Below are positions 13,056 to 26,349 of a DNA stretch of 64,000 bases, in pieces. This stretch comes from Octopus sinensis. Taxonomy: Eukaryota. Each line of letters begins with the position of its first letter. Within the stretch, counting starts at the first letter, position 1. The notes beneath the pieces are model-generated. The model did no database searches and was not told where the DNA came from. It was given only the letters and a program-made list of their open reading frames with translations. The DNA lies in contig NC_043019.1 of NCBI RefSeq assembly GCF_006345805.1, positions 20,025,360-20,089,359 on the forward strand, read 5' to 3'. Both the position numbers and the translations under genes were made by a program.

Positions 13056-13189
13056 GGACCTAATTTCACTGAATGTAAGGTCTTAGTTAAATCATGATTC
13101 TGCTGTAAAGGGTCACCTAGGCAAGGGTGAGTGGTTTATACCACACCCTCACACCCACTGAGAGAATGTGATGGTTGTGGTAGCGGTAC

Positions 13190-13575
13190 ATCATCATCGT
13201 TTAGCGTCTGCTTTCCATGCTAGCATGGGTTGGATGGTTCAAGTGGGGTCTGGGAAGCCAGAAGGCTGCATCAGGCCCAGTGTTTCTACAGCTGGATGCC
13301 CTTCATAACGCCAACCACTCCGTGAGTGTAGTGGATGCTTTTTACGTGCCACCGGCACAGGTGCCAGACGAGGCTGACAACAGCCACGATCGGATGGTGC
13401 TTTTTACGTGCTACCGGCACAGGTGCCAGACGAGGCTGACAACGGCCACGATCGGATGGTGCTTTTTATGTGCCACCGGCACGGAGGCCAGTCAGAGTGA
13501 CGCTGGCTACGGCCACGTTCGGATGGTTCTCTTACGTGCCACCGGCACTGGTATCACAGCTACAAATTCCAGTCC
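13190..13575 (-). mobile_element. RTE-tail element, family D
   Basis: (GAT)n tail plus CCCAACCCATGCTAGCATGGAAAG and GGAAGGGCATCCAGC motifs. Other copies at 23927, 26350, 27349, 29874, 40952, 49246 and 62240. Confidence 0.75.
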
Positions 13576-13769
13576 AGTATAATTAGTGACCCACCCAGCC
13601 GCCTGACACCCATGTTTTCATTAACAGTATATAAAGTTTGGAGTGTATAAAATGGAAGAGCAAGTATTCGGTTCATGTGAGAGTATCCATTTGATATTCA
13701 TAGCTAATTGATCTCATGAAAAGAGAGAGATTCCCAGAATTGTGACAAGCAAACAGGATAGTCTTTTAA

Positions 13770-14856
13770 CCCTTTCGTTACCAAACCGCCCAAAGCCGCC
13801 CGAAAAAAATTTTGGTTAATGAAACCAAACCGCCCAAAGCCGCCCGAATTTACCTATTCATATTTAAATGAGAATATCAGAGCAAATTTCTTTAGTACAT
13901 TCGTGAAAACACGTATTATACTTCGTAAAGAGTTCAACTACAGTTTTGTACAATAATCGAAGTGTAATTTTAATTCCGTGAATTTTGGGAGATTTTTTTC
14001 CGAAATTTGTTCTTATTGTGTTTTCAAAATTTGTAATTCTGACAAAAAATGGATACGGATTTCATTATATCAAGCAGCGAGTCAGAATTCGAAGGATTTT
14101 CTACTGAAGACCTTCATAAATCTAACTCTATGACTGAAAAAAAAAAAGCATGTGGTATTTGATAATGAATCTGACGTTTCATTTTCCGAAAGTGAAAACT
14201 GTGAATCCGAGATCTCCGACAGCGATAAAGAAAATGAATTGGCACCTGAATGGAGTGAAAATTTAAAAACTGTTTCTTTTGGTGATTTTTCTGAAGAAAC
14301 TGGACCAAGTCACAGACTTTCCCAGAAGAGTAAAGCCTTAGACTATTTCTTTTTACTTTTTCGAATGAGCCTATTTGAAATCATTACGGTGGGAACGAAC
14401 CGTTACGCTAAACGTAAACAAAGCGTAAGAAACGATAGTTTGTGGTTTCCCATAACCTTAAATGAAATTAAGACTATTTTGCCATAAATATTATTATGGG
14501 TATCAGAAAGTTACCCAGAATAACAAATTCTATCGTAAAATTTTGTTGTATACCCAATTGAATATTAGCTAATAACCCATTTTCTATAGCGATGTTTGAA
14601 CAAAATTTTAATAATTTTATATTTTGTTGAATTTACCTGTATCTACCTGCAATTAGAGTCACTTTGTGAGAAAAATTATAGTATAGAATTGGTTGAGAAT
14701 ATTTCATTAAATTATCTTCCAAAAATCAGATTAATATATCGATAAATAAAAAAGTTATAGTTGTTTAATGAAACCAGACTAAATTTATGATTACATTAGA
14801 AATTAATTGAAACACATAAGGGGTGTAATTTGGTCAGAAATATAGTAACGAAAGGG
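13770..14856 (+). mobile_element. Internally deleted piggyBac transposon
   Basis: TTAA TSDs (13766-13769, 14857-14860), TIR CCCTTTCGTTAC/GTAACGAAAGGG, transposase N-terminal relic ALDYFFLLF...TNRYA...W.PITLNEIK. Confidence 0.9.
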
Positions 14857-15103
14857 TTAAAGTTAACATCATGTGGCAATGGAGGCAGTTGTTGTAAGAG
14901 AGGGGGGTGAAACAGAGCAGACAGGAAAAAAGAATAAAAGAAAAGGGAAAGGAAGAAATAATAGATACACGTGCCTCCTCTCGTACACCGCCTTACTTAT
15001 AGACAAAGAAAATATTCAACATTAAAATACATTTAAATATCTGCACCAACCTGCAATGAAAAAAATTTGTTCCACTTTTTAAATCTACACCATTTTCTTT
15101 TTG

Positions 15104-15109
15104 TTTATT
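15104..15109 (-). terminator. Candidate distal TRF2 polyadenylation signal (AATAAA)
   Basis: AATAAA followed by a U-rich tract, at the end of a ~2-kb stretch below the stop codon that lacks the young SINE families. Confidence 0.3.
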
Positions 15110-17037
15110 TGTTTTTTTTAATCAAAATTAACCAAGTTTTTTTTTTGTTCATTTTTTTTTCTTTACTTTTATTTTTCTTCCACTGATTCCTTCTACACAC
15201 ACACACAAACGCACAACACACACACACATACATACACACACCTACCTGGATATCTGCATTCCAAACCCTGCCTAACACTCCATTTCCTCCCGTGCGCCCA
15301 ACATCAATCATCACCATTCAATGTGTGGAAGTGAACATACAAAAAAATCTCAAGAAATTGTTTATTTTTTAAATAAATAAAAAGTTGGTGTTTGAAGGCG
15401 TGGCCAGTTTGTTTGTGGGGTGTGGCTTCACTGATGACGTGCATGTGATTTGGTGATGTGCATGTGGTTTAGGGCACACTGTGTTTGTTGTAGGTATGGC
15501 TTGGTTAGTAATGCACATGTAGCTTTGAGTGTGTGACCTGTTTGTTGAGGGTGTGGTCTCATTAGTGACACATATGATTTGGGGTGTAGTTTGTTGAGAG
15601 TTTGGTTTAGTTAATGATGTGTGTGTGGTTTGACCGTTAGCATTAGGGTTAAAGTCTGGTGTGGTTTAAATGTAGTTTGGTTTGTAATGGGGGCATGGGT
15701 CAATCTAACGCAAAGAGAAAGGGATCAGGTTAGCTTTTGACCAGTCTGCACTACTTTCCATATTGCACCCCAGTGTTCTGGTCGTGATGTGGGTGTGGAC
15801 AGCCTTAGACAAAGATTATTATTATTATTATTATTATTGCCAGTCTGCAGTTTACACTTCATATTGTTGAATTCCAGTTTCACACCTCACTAAGGTTTCA
15901 AACCCCACTGTCCCTTCCATATTAACTGTTGCAGTGAAAAATCAATCACATGAGAGTAATTGGGAGACAAAGAACTTACTGAAAAAATTATTTACAAAGG
16001 CGGGGGTGGGTGGCGGGGCACAATGGTTGGTGGGGGGGTGGTATTACTGACAAAAGGAGGAGGAGTCCCCTCGCCCATCGTAGGCTAACACTGTAACTCT
16101 TGCCCCCACCCCCCACCCACCTCATCGACCCTTTCTTGGTGATGACAGCTCAGTCCGAATGGCCAAACAAAGTCCTAACGAAACAACACCACAACAACGA
16201 TCACAATGAAAAGGTGTTACAACAGCAACAACAACAACAACATGATGATGATGGAAGGAATCAGTACTGGATTACGGCATGGCTTTAGGGGCCTCCATAA
16301 ATTTACATGAAAAAGTATTGAAAATATTCCTTGAAATAGTGGTGAGCCCTAGGGTCTACAAAACCTTAACCTGGCTCTGGTTTGTGGGTCAGAATCGATG
16401 GTCAATGGACAGAAAACAAACTTTAAAAAGTGTGTTTTTTGTTTTCTAAGTTTCTTTTGAAATTTTTTCTCTTTATTATTATTATTATTGTTGTTGTTGT
16501 CCATTGCCAGGTGGGTACTAGGTCACCTTAGAACTAAAATTAAACCAGTTTTCTACACTACTACAGTCGCTTGAAAATTTAAACCGAGTTGAACGTTTGT
16601 CCAACCAAATGGAAAAACCACCACTACAACACTACTGCCATCATCATCATCATCTTCATCACAACATTATCATCACAATACTACCTCCTCCTCCTCCACT
16701 ATGCCAAGGAGGTACCCAGTACTGAGTACTGCAATGTTGGTTGGGAAATTATGGAAGGTGTGGAGGCATTTTTTCTACTACATCTGTCAAGTTCAACTCA
16801 ACAATCTCCAGTTCATACTTGACATCAAAACTCCAACAGAACTGTTTTTGTGTTGTTTTGTTTTGTTAGTTTTTATCTTTTCTATTTTTCATATTTTGTT
16901 ATGGTAATTCATAAATTTTGTTTTTGTCATTTGTTTTTTTTTTTTTTTGGTAAGGGCATTTTCTTTTTGAAAGGGATTTGTTATAATTTTTTTTTTTTTT
17001 TGTCTTTTTGCCTGTCTTTGGCTTTTGGTTGATGGAT

Positions 17038-17261
17038 TCAGTCTTGGCTGATATCGCTCTCAAATTCCTCCTCTGAAGAACTCAGTCCTGCAGCCTGCAA
17101 GCCATGAAGAGGAGACGACACCCTCCCCACTGGATACATGCCAGAAAACTTATCCGAGTATTTTATGGACGATGTGTTTGGCAATCGCTTCTCCATCTTA
17201 AATTCGGCCACCAACGGATAGACCTGCACAATAGCTTCTTGGACATTTGCAACACATGGAG
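17038..17261 (-). CDS. TBPL1: TRF2 coding exon 5 with stop (acidic C-terminal extension)
   Basis: (A)PCVANVQEAIVQVYPLVAEFKMEKR...SSSEEEFESDISQD*. TTTGTAG acceptor at 17262. Summed CDS is 966 nt, giving 321 aa in frame. Confidence 0.92.
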
Positions 17262-17360
17262 CTACAAAGAAAAAAACACAATGATGAGGAGGAAAACTGC
17301 TTACAGAGAGGGTGAAAGTTAAAATCTCAACAAACAAAAATTTTTTAACCTCTTTGATTG

Positions 17361-17743
17361 GAAGCACTCCGTCGGTTACGACGATGAGGGTTCCGGTTGA
17401 TCCGAATCAACGGAACAGCCTGCTCGTGAAATTAACGTGTAAGTGGCTGAGCACTCCACAGACACGTGCACCCTTAACGTAGTTCTCGGGGATATTCAGC
17501 GTGACACAGAGAGTGACAAGGCCGGCCCTTTGAAATACAAGTACAACGGAAACAGGAAGTAAGAATGAGAGAAAGTTGTGGTGAAAGAGTACAGCAGGGA
17601 TCACCACCATCCCCTGCCGGAGCCTCGTGGAGCTTTAGGTGTTTTCGCTCAATAAACACTCACAACGCCCGGTCTGGGAATCGAAACCGCGATCCTATGA
17701 CCGCGAGTCCACTGCCCTAACCACTGGGCCATTGCGCCTCCAC
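17361..17743 (-). mobile_element. Family C SINE
   Basis: Reverse complement of the 11050-11443 element. Confidence 0.85.
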
Positions 17744-18582
17744 CTCTTTAATACCAACCCACTCAAGACTGTTCCCCCTAAATTAAAAATTCCCATCAAA
17801 ATTTCATGTTAATTTATGTTCCAAACACCAGCTTGATAATGACAAATATATTTTAATAAACACTTCATTATTTTCAAAATTAATTGCAACAAAGGCAGTG
17901 CATTTCAACAGAAATATGGTAACAATTAATTAAAATAGCCATCTATGCATCATACCCAATGTGCATGCACACAGTCGATAGGCTAATTACTGCTGTATTT
18001 GTCCTGATATAACATCTGTTATAGACTTGATTAGTTCCCCGCAGCACCCATTCAGAGTGCCAGATGCATTTCGGCCTTTTGGGGCCTATTCAATGGTGCA
18101 TACCTAATGCTCAGATGAGAATTTGTAGCTTCTGATATAGGGAAAAGTGAGTAAAATATTCAATGACGTTGTGAATAGCCACCTGACTGGTTCAAAACCC
18201 AGCATACACAACGGGGGCAGTATTTAATTTACAAAAGCTATCTGTATATCATACTTAATGCATATACACTATCAATAGACTAGACACTGTCCAGAGATAA
18301 CACCACTTATAGATTTTACTGTGTTAAAAACACAATAAATATCGGAGATGAAAATTTTCCCCAACAGTAAGTTCCATCATCATCATCCTCCTTTAACATC
18401 CATTTTCCATGATGGCATGGGTTGGACAGATTCACCAGAGCTGGCAAGCTGGAAAGCTACACCAAGTTCCAGTCTGATTTGACATGGTTTCTATGACAGG
18501 ATACCCCATGACCTTCATTACCTGATCCAACAACTTGATACCTCTGTGATTATTTGTATCTAAAGCATCATATATATATATA

Positions 18583-18959
18583 CACTACCGTCAGAAATTA
18601 ATTAGCACCCTTGATTTGCTCTTCACTCAAGGTATGTGCTGTCACCTAGTGGCCATATCTCGAACTATTGCTTTGTTGCGAGTTCACTGTTGCGCAGAAC
18701 GATGACGTAACTTTGTTTGCAGAGCAGTTTGAGAGTCTACAGCCTTATGATGTTGACATAGCAGTGAAACAACTTGGAGTGCGGATGCAGACAAATCTTC
18801 CTTTGTTTAATAAATATAGGTAGCGCCTCGCAAGGACCGAAATCACACCATACTAAGTTTTCTCATCACATAAGACGTTTTGAACAGCTCATAGGTTAAT
18901 TGATTTAACCTATTTAATGTAGAAATTTGAGAAGTGCTAATTAATTTCTGACGCAAGTG
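18583..18959. mobile_element. Tc1-like MITE
   Basis: TA flanks, TIR CACTACCGTCAGAAATTAATTAGCAC / GTGCTAATTAATTTCTGACGCAAGTG. Confidence 0.8.
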
Positions 18960-19041
18960 TATATATATATAAGCAATAATAAATCTCTGAGCACATACAT
19001 TTGTATATCTACATATATATATATATATATTTATATATATA

Positions 19042-19242
19042 GGGGGAGGGCTGAAAAGTTCCTGGCTTTGGATAAAAAAAAAATACAGGAGAATCAGTTA
19101 TGATTTTATTTAACATATTTCTCTCTCAGATTCACACACTTATTGCAGTGGTCCTTCAGTTTTTCTAAGCCTCAGAAGGTTGGGCCTGCAACTAGGCCTT
19201 TCACAATACCCTGAAAGCCAAACAATTTTCAGCACTCCCTCG
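19042..19242. mobile_element. Mariner-like MITE
   Basis: TIRs GAGGGCTGAAAAGTTCCTGGCTTT / AAAGCCAAACAATTTTCAGCACTCCCTCG with TA flanks. Confidence 0.7.
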
Positions 19243-19544
19243 TATGTATATCTATATGTGTCTGTCTATATATATATGTATATATAGGGTGTTCAGGTTA
19301 AATTTGACAACTTTTTTGTCTCCTTTTTTAGGAAAAGCTCAATGCATTAGCAAACAGTCAATGGCTTTGGAGAGCATAAAAATTGAAATTGTGTTGAGAA
19401 AAAGTTAGCTGACATGGAGTACTGTAAACCATCTGTATATTGAAAAACAGTTATCTGTATCCTGATGATTCAAGCTAGGAATCAAAATGCCAATATTATA
19501 ACTGCTGCTCTGTAAAGGCTGCAAGATACCATATGGAAGAAAAG

Positions 19545-19797
19545 AAATGTTCCTTCTCGAGCCATGCCAGGCTCATAAGGGCCGGTTTCCCCGGTTTCAG
19601 TGACGTAGAAATTCCCCGCCTGAACGGGATGCCGGTCCGTCGCAAGATTACTCATTTTTGCCAGCTGAGTGGACTGGAGTAACGTGAAGTGAAGTGTTTT
19701 GCTCAAGAACATAAAGCATCACTCGGTTCAAGAATCGAAACCACAACATTACAATCATGAGTTCAACACCCTAACCACTAATCCACGCGCCTCCACA
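19545..19797 (-). mobile_element. tRNA SINE with tail Z (family E2)
   Basis: tRNA head, TTGAGCAAAACACTTCA core, tail AACCGGCCCTTATGAGCCTGGCATGGCTCGAGAAGGAAC. Confidence 0.7.
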
Positions 19798-20575
19798 CAA
19801 TATGGACAGCTGCAGTGGAGACTGCGTAGCTGTGGCCAGCAAGAAAAGATACAGCAGGTGTTCTGACTGCATCTGCGTACTGGAATCTATCCCCACATCT
19901 TTGAACTTGGCCACAGTGGAAGCTGAATTCAGCTACTTTCACTAAACTGTCATCTCCTAGCCATAATCTAGTTGGTACTCTTTGATTTTTTAAAAATAGT
20001 GTTATATTTGGATGGGATATTGTTTTCTTTTTCCTTTATGCAAGCTGTAAATTTAGCCTCAACACCATGCACGCATGTATATATATTTCTTTATTGCCCA
20101 CAAGGGGCTAAACATAGAGGGGACAAAAGTCGATTACATCAACCCCAGGGCGAAACTGGTAGTTTATTTATTGACCCCGAAAGGATGAAAGACAAAGTCG
20201 ACCTCGGCGGAATTTGAACTCAGAACATAACGACAGACGAAATACCGCTAAGCATTTCACCCGGCGTGCTAACGTGTCTGCCACTTGCCAAGCCAAGTGA
20301 AATTGTAGCCAGTGACACATAAAAGGCATCCATACTGGTGACACATGAAAGGTACTCAATATACCTCTTGGAGTGGTCGGTAAAGAAACCTCCCAGCCAC
20401 ACAACCATGCCTACTTCATGTAAGTCATTAAAAAAGATTTCAAGAGATGAAGGAGATGGAAAGGAAAAAGTAAAAGAAAAAGTATGGGGGGGAGTGGAGG
20501 GAAATGTGAAAGGAGGAGTTAAAGAGAGACAGGGAAGGGACATGAAATGAGAAAGCCTTAAACAAGACACTTTAC

Positions 20576-20670
20576 CTGTGATGGTGATACTGCCTGTAGA
20601 AAAAACCTTTAGTGTGGCCTTGATATTTTTGATCTTGAAGGTGACACCTGGATGGAGTTCTGGTTCATAG
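20576..20670 (-). CDS. TBPL1: TRF2 coding exon 4 (95 nt)
   Basis: (S)YEPELHPGVTFKIKNIKATLKVFSTGSITIT. ELHP instead of TBP ELFP is diagnostic of TRF2. TTTCCAG acceptor, G|GTAAAG donor. Confidence 0.96.
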
Positions 20671-20885
20671 CTGGAAATAGAGAGAAATAGGACAGTGGAT
20701 GGATGGATGGATGGATGGATGGATGGATACATACACACATACATTTGTGTGTGTGTAACATCTTCACCACTACATGAAACAACAAAGGGAGGTAAATGTC
20801 CAGCAATATCAGCAACTGGAGTAAATGACAAACATGTGGGGAAATGCTATCTGAACATGTGTGTGCATACATGTGCATGTATATA

Positions 20886-21427
20886 CTCTCTTTTACTCTC
20901 TCTTTTACTTGTTTCAGTCATTTGACTGCGGACATGCTGGAGCACCACCTTTTAGTACTTATTCTATCGGTCTCTTTTTGCCGAACCGCTAAGTGACGGG
21001 GACGTAAACACACCGGCATCGGTTGTCAAGCAATGCTAGGGGGACAAACACAGACACACAAACACACACACGCATATATATATATATATATATATACATA
21101 TATACGACAGGCTTCTTTCAGTTTCCGTCTACCAAATCCACTCACAAGGCATTGGTCGGCCCGGGGCTATAGCAGAAGACACTTGCCCAAGATGCCACGC
21201 AGTGGGACTGAACCCGGAACCATGTGGTTGGTAAACACGCATATATATATATACATATATACGACGGGCTTCTTTCAGTTTCCGTCTACCAAATCCACTC
21301 ACAAGGCATTGGTCGGCCCGGGGCTATAGCAGAAGACACTAGCCCAAGATGCCACGAAGTGGGACTGAACCCAGAACCATGTGGTTGGTTAGCAAGCTAC
21401 TTACCACACAGCCACTCCTGCGCCTAT
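20886..21427 (-). mobile_element. Family B SINE with internal duplication of its head-core half
   Basis: Segment ACGGGCTTCTTTCAG...CCATGTGGTTGG occurs twice, at ~21103-21230 and ~21261-21390. Confidence 0.85.
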
Positions 21428-21869
21428 GTATGTATGTTTTGTTTTTCATCCTGCAGGGTGTCCAATAAACACCCTCCCCACCAAGCAAAGGGCGGACGAA
21501 CTCTTGAGAGTCAACGTCCATCCAATAAATGTCTTAAGGCTGTATCATGCGTGGGGACATAGAAATAATCAGAATGAATACCCGATTGCGCGGTTAAACC
21601 ATTGGGAGTGAAGGACTCCCAGCCTCTGTTAGGGCATCCTTCTAAGAGAAGGTTACTCAGGAAACTGGGGTAACTCCGACATAAAACTTGCGGCTCAGTG
21701 GTTACCGATGATGTTCACGTGTTCTTCTTTTCGGATTATGGCTGCTGTTGCTTAGTGAGTGGGATTGACTCAGTGCACAGCCTTTCCTCACTGCACAGGC
21801 ATTGCACGATAACAACATTGATTAAGCTTCGTGCAATGGCCATACTCGATAACGAGGGGGGCAGCCACC

Positions 21870-22330
21870 ATGTATGTATGTATGTATGCATGCTAGTATG
21901 TGCATACATGTTTGCAAGTACATTGTACATGTGTGCAAGAGTGTGTACATGCAAGCATGTGTGTGTGTTGTGTGTGTGTGTGCAAGCATGTGTGTGTGTA
22001 TGTGTGTGCAAGCATGTGTTGTGTGTGCAAGCATGTGTGTGTGTGTGCAAGCATGTGTGTGTGTGCAAGCATGTGTGTGTGTTCATGTGTGGAAACGTGT
22101 GCATCTATATTTGTGTGTGTATATGTGTACATGATGAATGCATCCAAGGGAAATGTGTGTGTGTGATTGGATGTGTATGCATGCAAGTGTATGTGTAGTT
22201 ATGCGTAAAAGTGTGCATACATTTTTGCATGAGTGGATATATGTACCCATGCAAGTGTGTTCACATGTATTTATGTGCAAGTGTGTTCAAACATTTTATG
22301 CAAATGCATGTGCCACTTTGTAGCAGAAAG
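21870..22330. repeat. Cryptic (TG)n/GCAAGCATGT minisatellite
   Basis: Directly visible. Confidence 0.85.
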
Positions 22331-22394
22331 AGGATTAAATATTTTAACTGTTTCTGTATCCGTGTGTGTGTGTGTATGCGTGTAGCCTCTAGAC

Positions 22395-22613
22395 CAGTGG
22401 TTTCCAACCAGGGTTCCGCGGAACCTTAGGGTTCTGCCAGTACAGTCCAGGGATTCTGCAAGAAGTTACAAAACTGCTAAAATCGGCAGTAATTTTTAAT
22501 TTTCCTGTGCAGATATGTGTGCATAAGACTATTAAATTATTGCACAGGGGTTCCCCGAGTCAGTGGAATGTTTCCTTGGGGTTCCGCTCCAGCAAAAAGT
22601 TTGAAAAGCACTG
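22395..22613. mobile_element. hAT (Charlie-type) MITE
   Basis: 8-bp TSD CTCTAGAC (22387-22394, 22614-22621), CAGTG...CACTG termini. Confidence 0.88.
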
Positions 22614-22627
22614 CTCTAGACACTTAC

Positions 22628-22795
22628 CTGGCCTGCTGTGGGTATTGTTTGGAGAAAAGGTTAATCTTGATGCCGAATGGTAATGAACAGGTCCCCAAAA
22701 CATTGACAATCCGGAAATTGATAAAACGTACATTAAAACCCAACCTCTGTAGTCTGCGAGCAAAGCGCCTTGCAGCTAATTTTGCTTCGTCCTCA
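22628..22795 (-). CDS. TBPL1: TRF2 coding exon 3 (168 nt)
   Basis: (S)EDEAKLAARRFARRLQRLGFNVRFINFRIVNVLGTCSLPFGIKINLFSKQYPQQA(S). TTTTTTCCAG acceptor, AG|GTAAGT donor, phases 2/2. Confidence 0.95.
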
Positions 22796-23607
22796 CTGGA
22801 AAAAAATAATTGGGAGAAAAAATATTAATTCTTTCTATTATAGGCACAATGCTTGAAAATTGGGAAATAGGAAGAGTAAGACAATTACAGTGACCCCAGG
22901 GCTCAAATGGTACTTATTTTATCAACTGAAAAAAAAAAGAAAGGTAAAGTTAACCTCGGTAAGATTTGAACTCAGAATGTAAAGAGCCCCAAGAACTGCT
23001 GCTAAGCATGTTGTCCAACATGCTAATGGTTCTGCTAGCTCACGGCCTTAAAATGTTCAACATAATTATTTCTACTACTAGCATACCCATGTCATCAAAA
23101 ATGCTGACAATATAGGCACAGGCATGGCTGTATGGTAAGAAGCTTGCTTCCCAGCCACATCGTCCTGGGTTCAGTCCTACTGCATGGTACCTTGGGCAAG
23201 CATCTTCTACTTTGGCCTCAGACCATCCAAAGCCTTGTGAGTGGATTTGGTAGACAGAAACTGGAAGTAGCCTGTCGTGTGTGTGTGTGTGTGTGTGAGT
23301 GCTTGACAACTGGTGTTGATGTGTAACTTAGTGGTTTGGCAAAAGAGACCGATAGAATAAGTACCAAGCTGAGCAAAGAATTTAAGTACTGGGGTCAATT
23401 CATTCAACAAAAAATGCAAGGCAGTGCCCCAGCATGGCCACAGTCTAAGTGACTGAAACAAGTAAAAGATAATTTTATTAATGATGGAAAATGGTGCATC
23501 AAAACAATAAGAGAAACCATTGATAAATGTAAGCAATCTCATACACAGAACTGAAGCACTTTAACAATCAGATGCAGTTGTAACATCTCAGTTGAAGTAT
23601 CATCTTC

Positions 23608-23650
<43 letters not shown>

Positions 23651-23654
<4 letters not shown>

Positions 23655-23915
23655 AGGCGCAACGGCCCAGTGGTAAGGGCAGTGGTTTCAATTCCCAGAC
23701 CAGGCGTTGTGAGTGTCAACTGAGCGAAAAGACCTAAAAGCTCTATGAGGCTCCCGCAGGGGTTGGTGGCGATCCCTGCTGTACTCTTTCTTCTGTTGGC
23801 CTGCTCGCTTAGCCAGCAGGGTGGAGTCATTCGAAGGCTAAAACAATGTGAACGCATTGTGACCAGCAATGTATAACAACATCTGATGGTCTGGTCAGTC
23901 ACATGATCACGTGAT
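23651..23915 (+). mobile_element. Family C SINE, tail Y variant
   Basis: Same head/core as family C, but tail GAAGGCTAAAACAATG...GATCACGTGAT. Also at 34294-34576 and 63610-63922. Confidence 0.8.
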
Positions 23916-25749
23916 ATATATATATATCATCATCATCATCGTTTAGCATCCGTTTTCCATGCTAGCATGGGTTGGACGATTCAACTGGGGTCTAGGAAGC
24001 CAGAAGGCTGCACCAGGCCCAGTCTGATCTGGCAAATGTTTCTACGGCTGGATGCCCTTCCTAACGCCAACCACTCCGTGAGCGTAGTGGGTGCTTTTTA
24101 CGTGCCATATATTATATATATATATATATAAACAAGAAAACTTCTCACACACTCTACCACAACAAATCAAATGTCTCTACATCTCTTCCTCACATTTCCA
24201 CTTCATGTACAATGATTACCTCCCACTTCCCAATCTTGACCTCTTGGCCCGGTGTCACTGTATCATTATTCCCTGCTTGCCCCTGACCCGTGTATTCTAA
24301 TCACATGCCTTGTCTCACTATTACTGCCATCTGCTAGCCCCTGACCAGGGTGTTCCACCCACGCATAACAAAAACTTTACCCTCACCCTACCCCAACAAA
24401 TCACCCATCACTACTTCTCTTTCTTGCATTTCCTCCTTCATTCACTATACCTAGCTCTCACTCCCCAATCCTGTCCTCACACCCCAGTTCCTCTGTATCA
24501 TTGCTATCCAGTAGCCCCACCCACTCCACACATACCCAGATCTTTTGCCACTTACTCACACTCTTCAATCACACTCCCTTCGAAAATATCAGGTCACTTA
24601 CATTAGTTACTTAGTTAATTTTTTGGCTCAAAAAGCAAAAAAGCAAGGCCATGTAGGGGGACATGGAGTTATGTACAGGGTGGTGTTCATGTAAAGAGTT
24701 CAGGCCACTTGTGGTCAAGGGAGACTTTGAACTGATATTATGGTATGCCCTGGGACTTGCCACTATTTATATCTCTCTCTTCCTTTACTCAACCATCTCA
24801 TTTACACTCTGATCCCCATTCCATGTGAGCATGCCTGGCATTTTGCCACCATCTCCATCCTGCAGTCTCCCACCCTCTCTCTCTCCTCTTCTCCTGCACT
24901 TCCCTCAGGTTGGGCAACCATGTATTTTCTTTGTGGTAGCACACCTGTTTCTGTCTTCACTCCTGATCTTTCTCTGGTCAGGTAACCTTGTACTTCCTCT
25001 ATATCAAGACACCTATAGTCAAGTAAGCAAATAGTACAAGGTATTTTATCAGACACTCTACTAGCTCCAGTGTCCACTACTTTGCCTTTTTCTCACTACA
25101 GTGCCATAACAACAATAATCTGTTTGGACATGACAGACACAAAGAAACACTAATTCTTTAACTAGAGGTCCCCAAAGCACTAGGCTGCAGACCAGTACCG
25201 GGTCACGAATCGTTTAGTAATAGGCACCAGGCCACACAGAAAGAATAAATTTTGAAATTTTATTTGATTTTGTTTTTTGTTTGTTTGTTTGTTTTTTCGT
25301 GTGTGTGTGAAGGTCCATGGTCTAGTGGTTCAGGTGCTGCCCTCACAATTACTAGATCAATTCCTGGACCAGGCAGTGCATTGTGTTCTTAAGCAAAACA
25401 CTTCATTTGACATTGCTCTGTGGAGTGGGAGAGTAACATTGGCAGAAATGCTTTATGATATATCTTCCAGCTCCCCTATATTCTGAGTTCAAATCCCACC
25501 TGCCTGGAGAAAGCAATGGAGGAAACCATCGCAGTATTCATTCCATGTCCAGTCATATTAGCTGAAGTTCCTGTAATCTACATAGCAGCAACAGGAGAAG
25601 GGATGAGCCTTACCAGGTCATACAGACAGTACTGGGGTGAAGAGTCACATGGAAATGATTTGCCAAAGTGCAGACCACGACTAGACTAGATTTCTACCTT
25701 GTCTGTCACAATCTGCAGGCTGTTTTTGCATTATATATGCACTACTTTT

Positions 25750-26120
25750 TTTTTCTTTTACTCGTTTCAGTCATTTGACTGGAGCACCGCCTTTAATCGA
25801 GCAACTCGACCCCGGGACTTATTCTTTTGTAAGCCCAGTACTTATTCTATCGGGGACATAAACACACCAGCATCGGTTGTCAAGCAATGCTAGGGAGACA
25901 AACACTGACACACAAATACACACACGTGTGTGTGTGTGTGTGTATATATATATACGACGGGCTTCTTTCAGTTTCCGTCTACCAAATCCACCCACAAGGC
26001 TTTGATCGGCCCAAGGTTATAGTAGAAGACACTTGCCCAAGGTGGCACGCAGTGGGACTGAACCCGGAACCATGTGGTTGGTAAACAAGCTACTTACCAC
26101 ACAGCCACTCCTGCGCCTAT
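25750..26120 (-). mobile_element. Family B SINE
   Basis: Matches the other family B copies. Confidence 0.85.
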
Positions 26121-26349
26121 GTATGTATGTATTTATTAAGCACTTTGTGCTTTGTTATACTCATGAGCCCTCGGTCAGTGGTACAAAACAGCTGTTAAAA
26201 AGGGAACCAACAATGACACTAAGTGACATTCATACTTTTCCATAAGGAATTGTTGTCATAAGCAAAACAATTCTCAACCAAAACAACAACAAAAATTAGG
26301 GTTGGCAAATTTTAAGTTCTTTAAAAACTGAAACATTGCATATAGAAAC

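Noticed and set aside
14152-14487. Acidic 111-aa ORF as a host gene
   Set aside because: It lies within TTAA/TIR-bounded piggyBac and is a truncated transposase N-terminus.
20220-20831. 203-aa ORF as a single-exon gene
   Set aside because: Only 20576-20670 is TBP-like; the rest is intron and SINE read-through.
22517-22828. Plus-strand ORFs over exons (also 35199-35429, 54322-54588, 62956-63138)
   Set aside because: Antisense shadows of real minus-strand exons.
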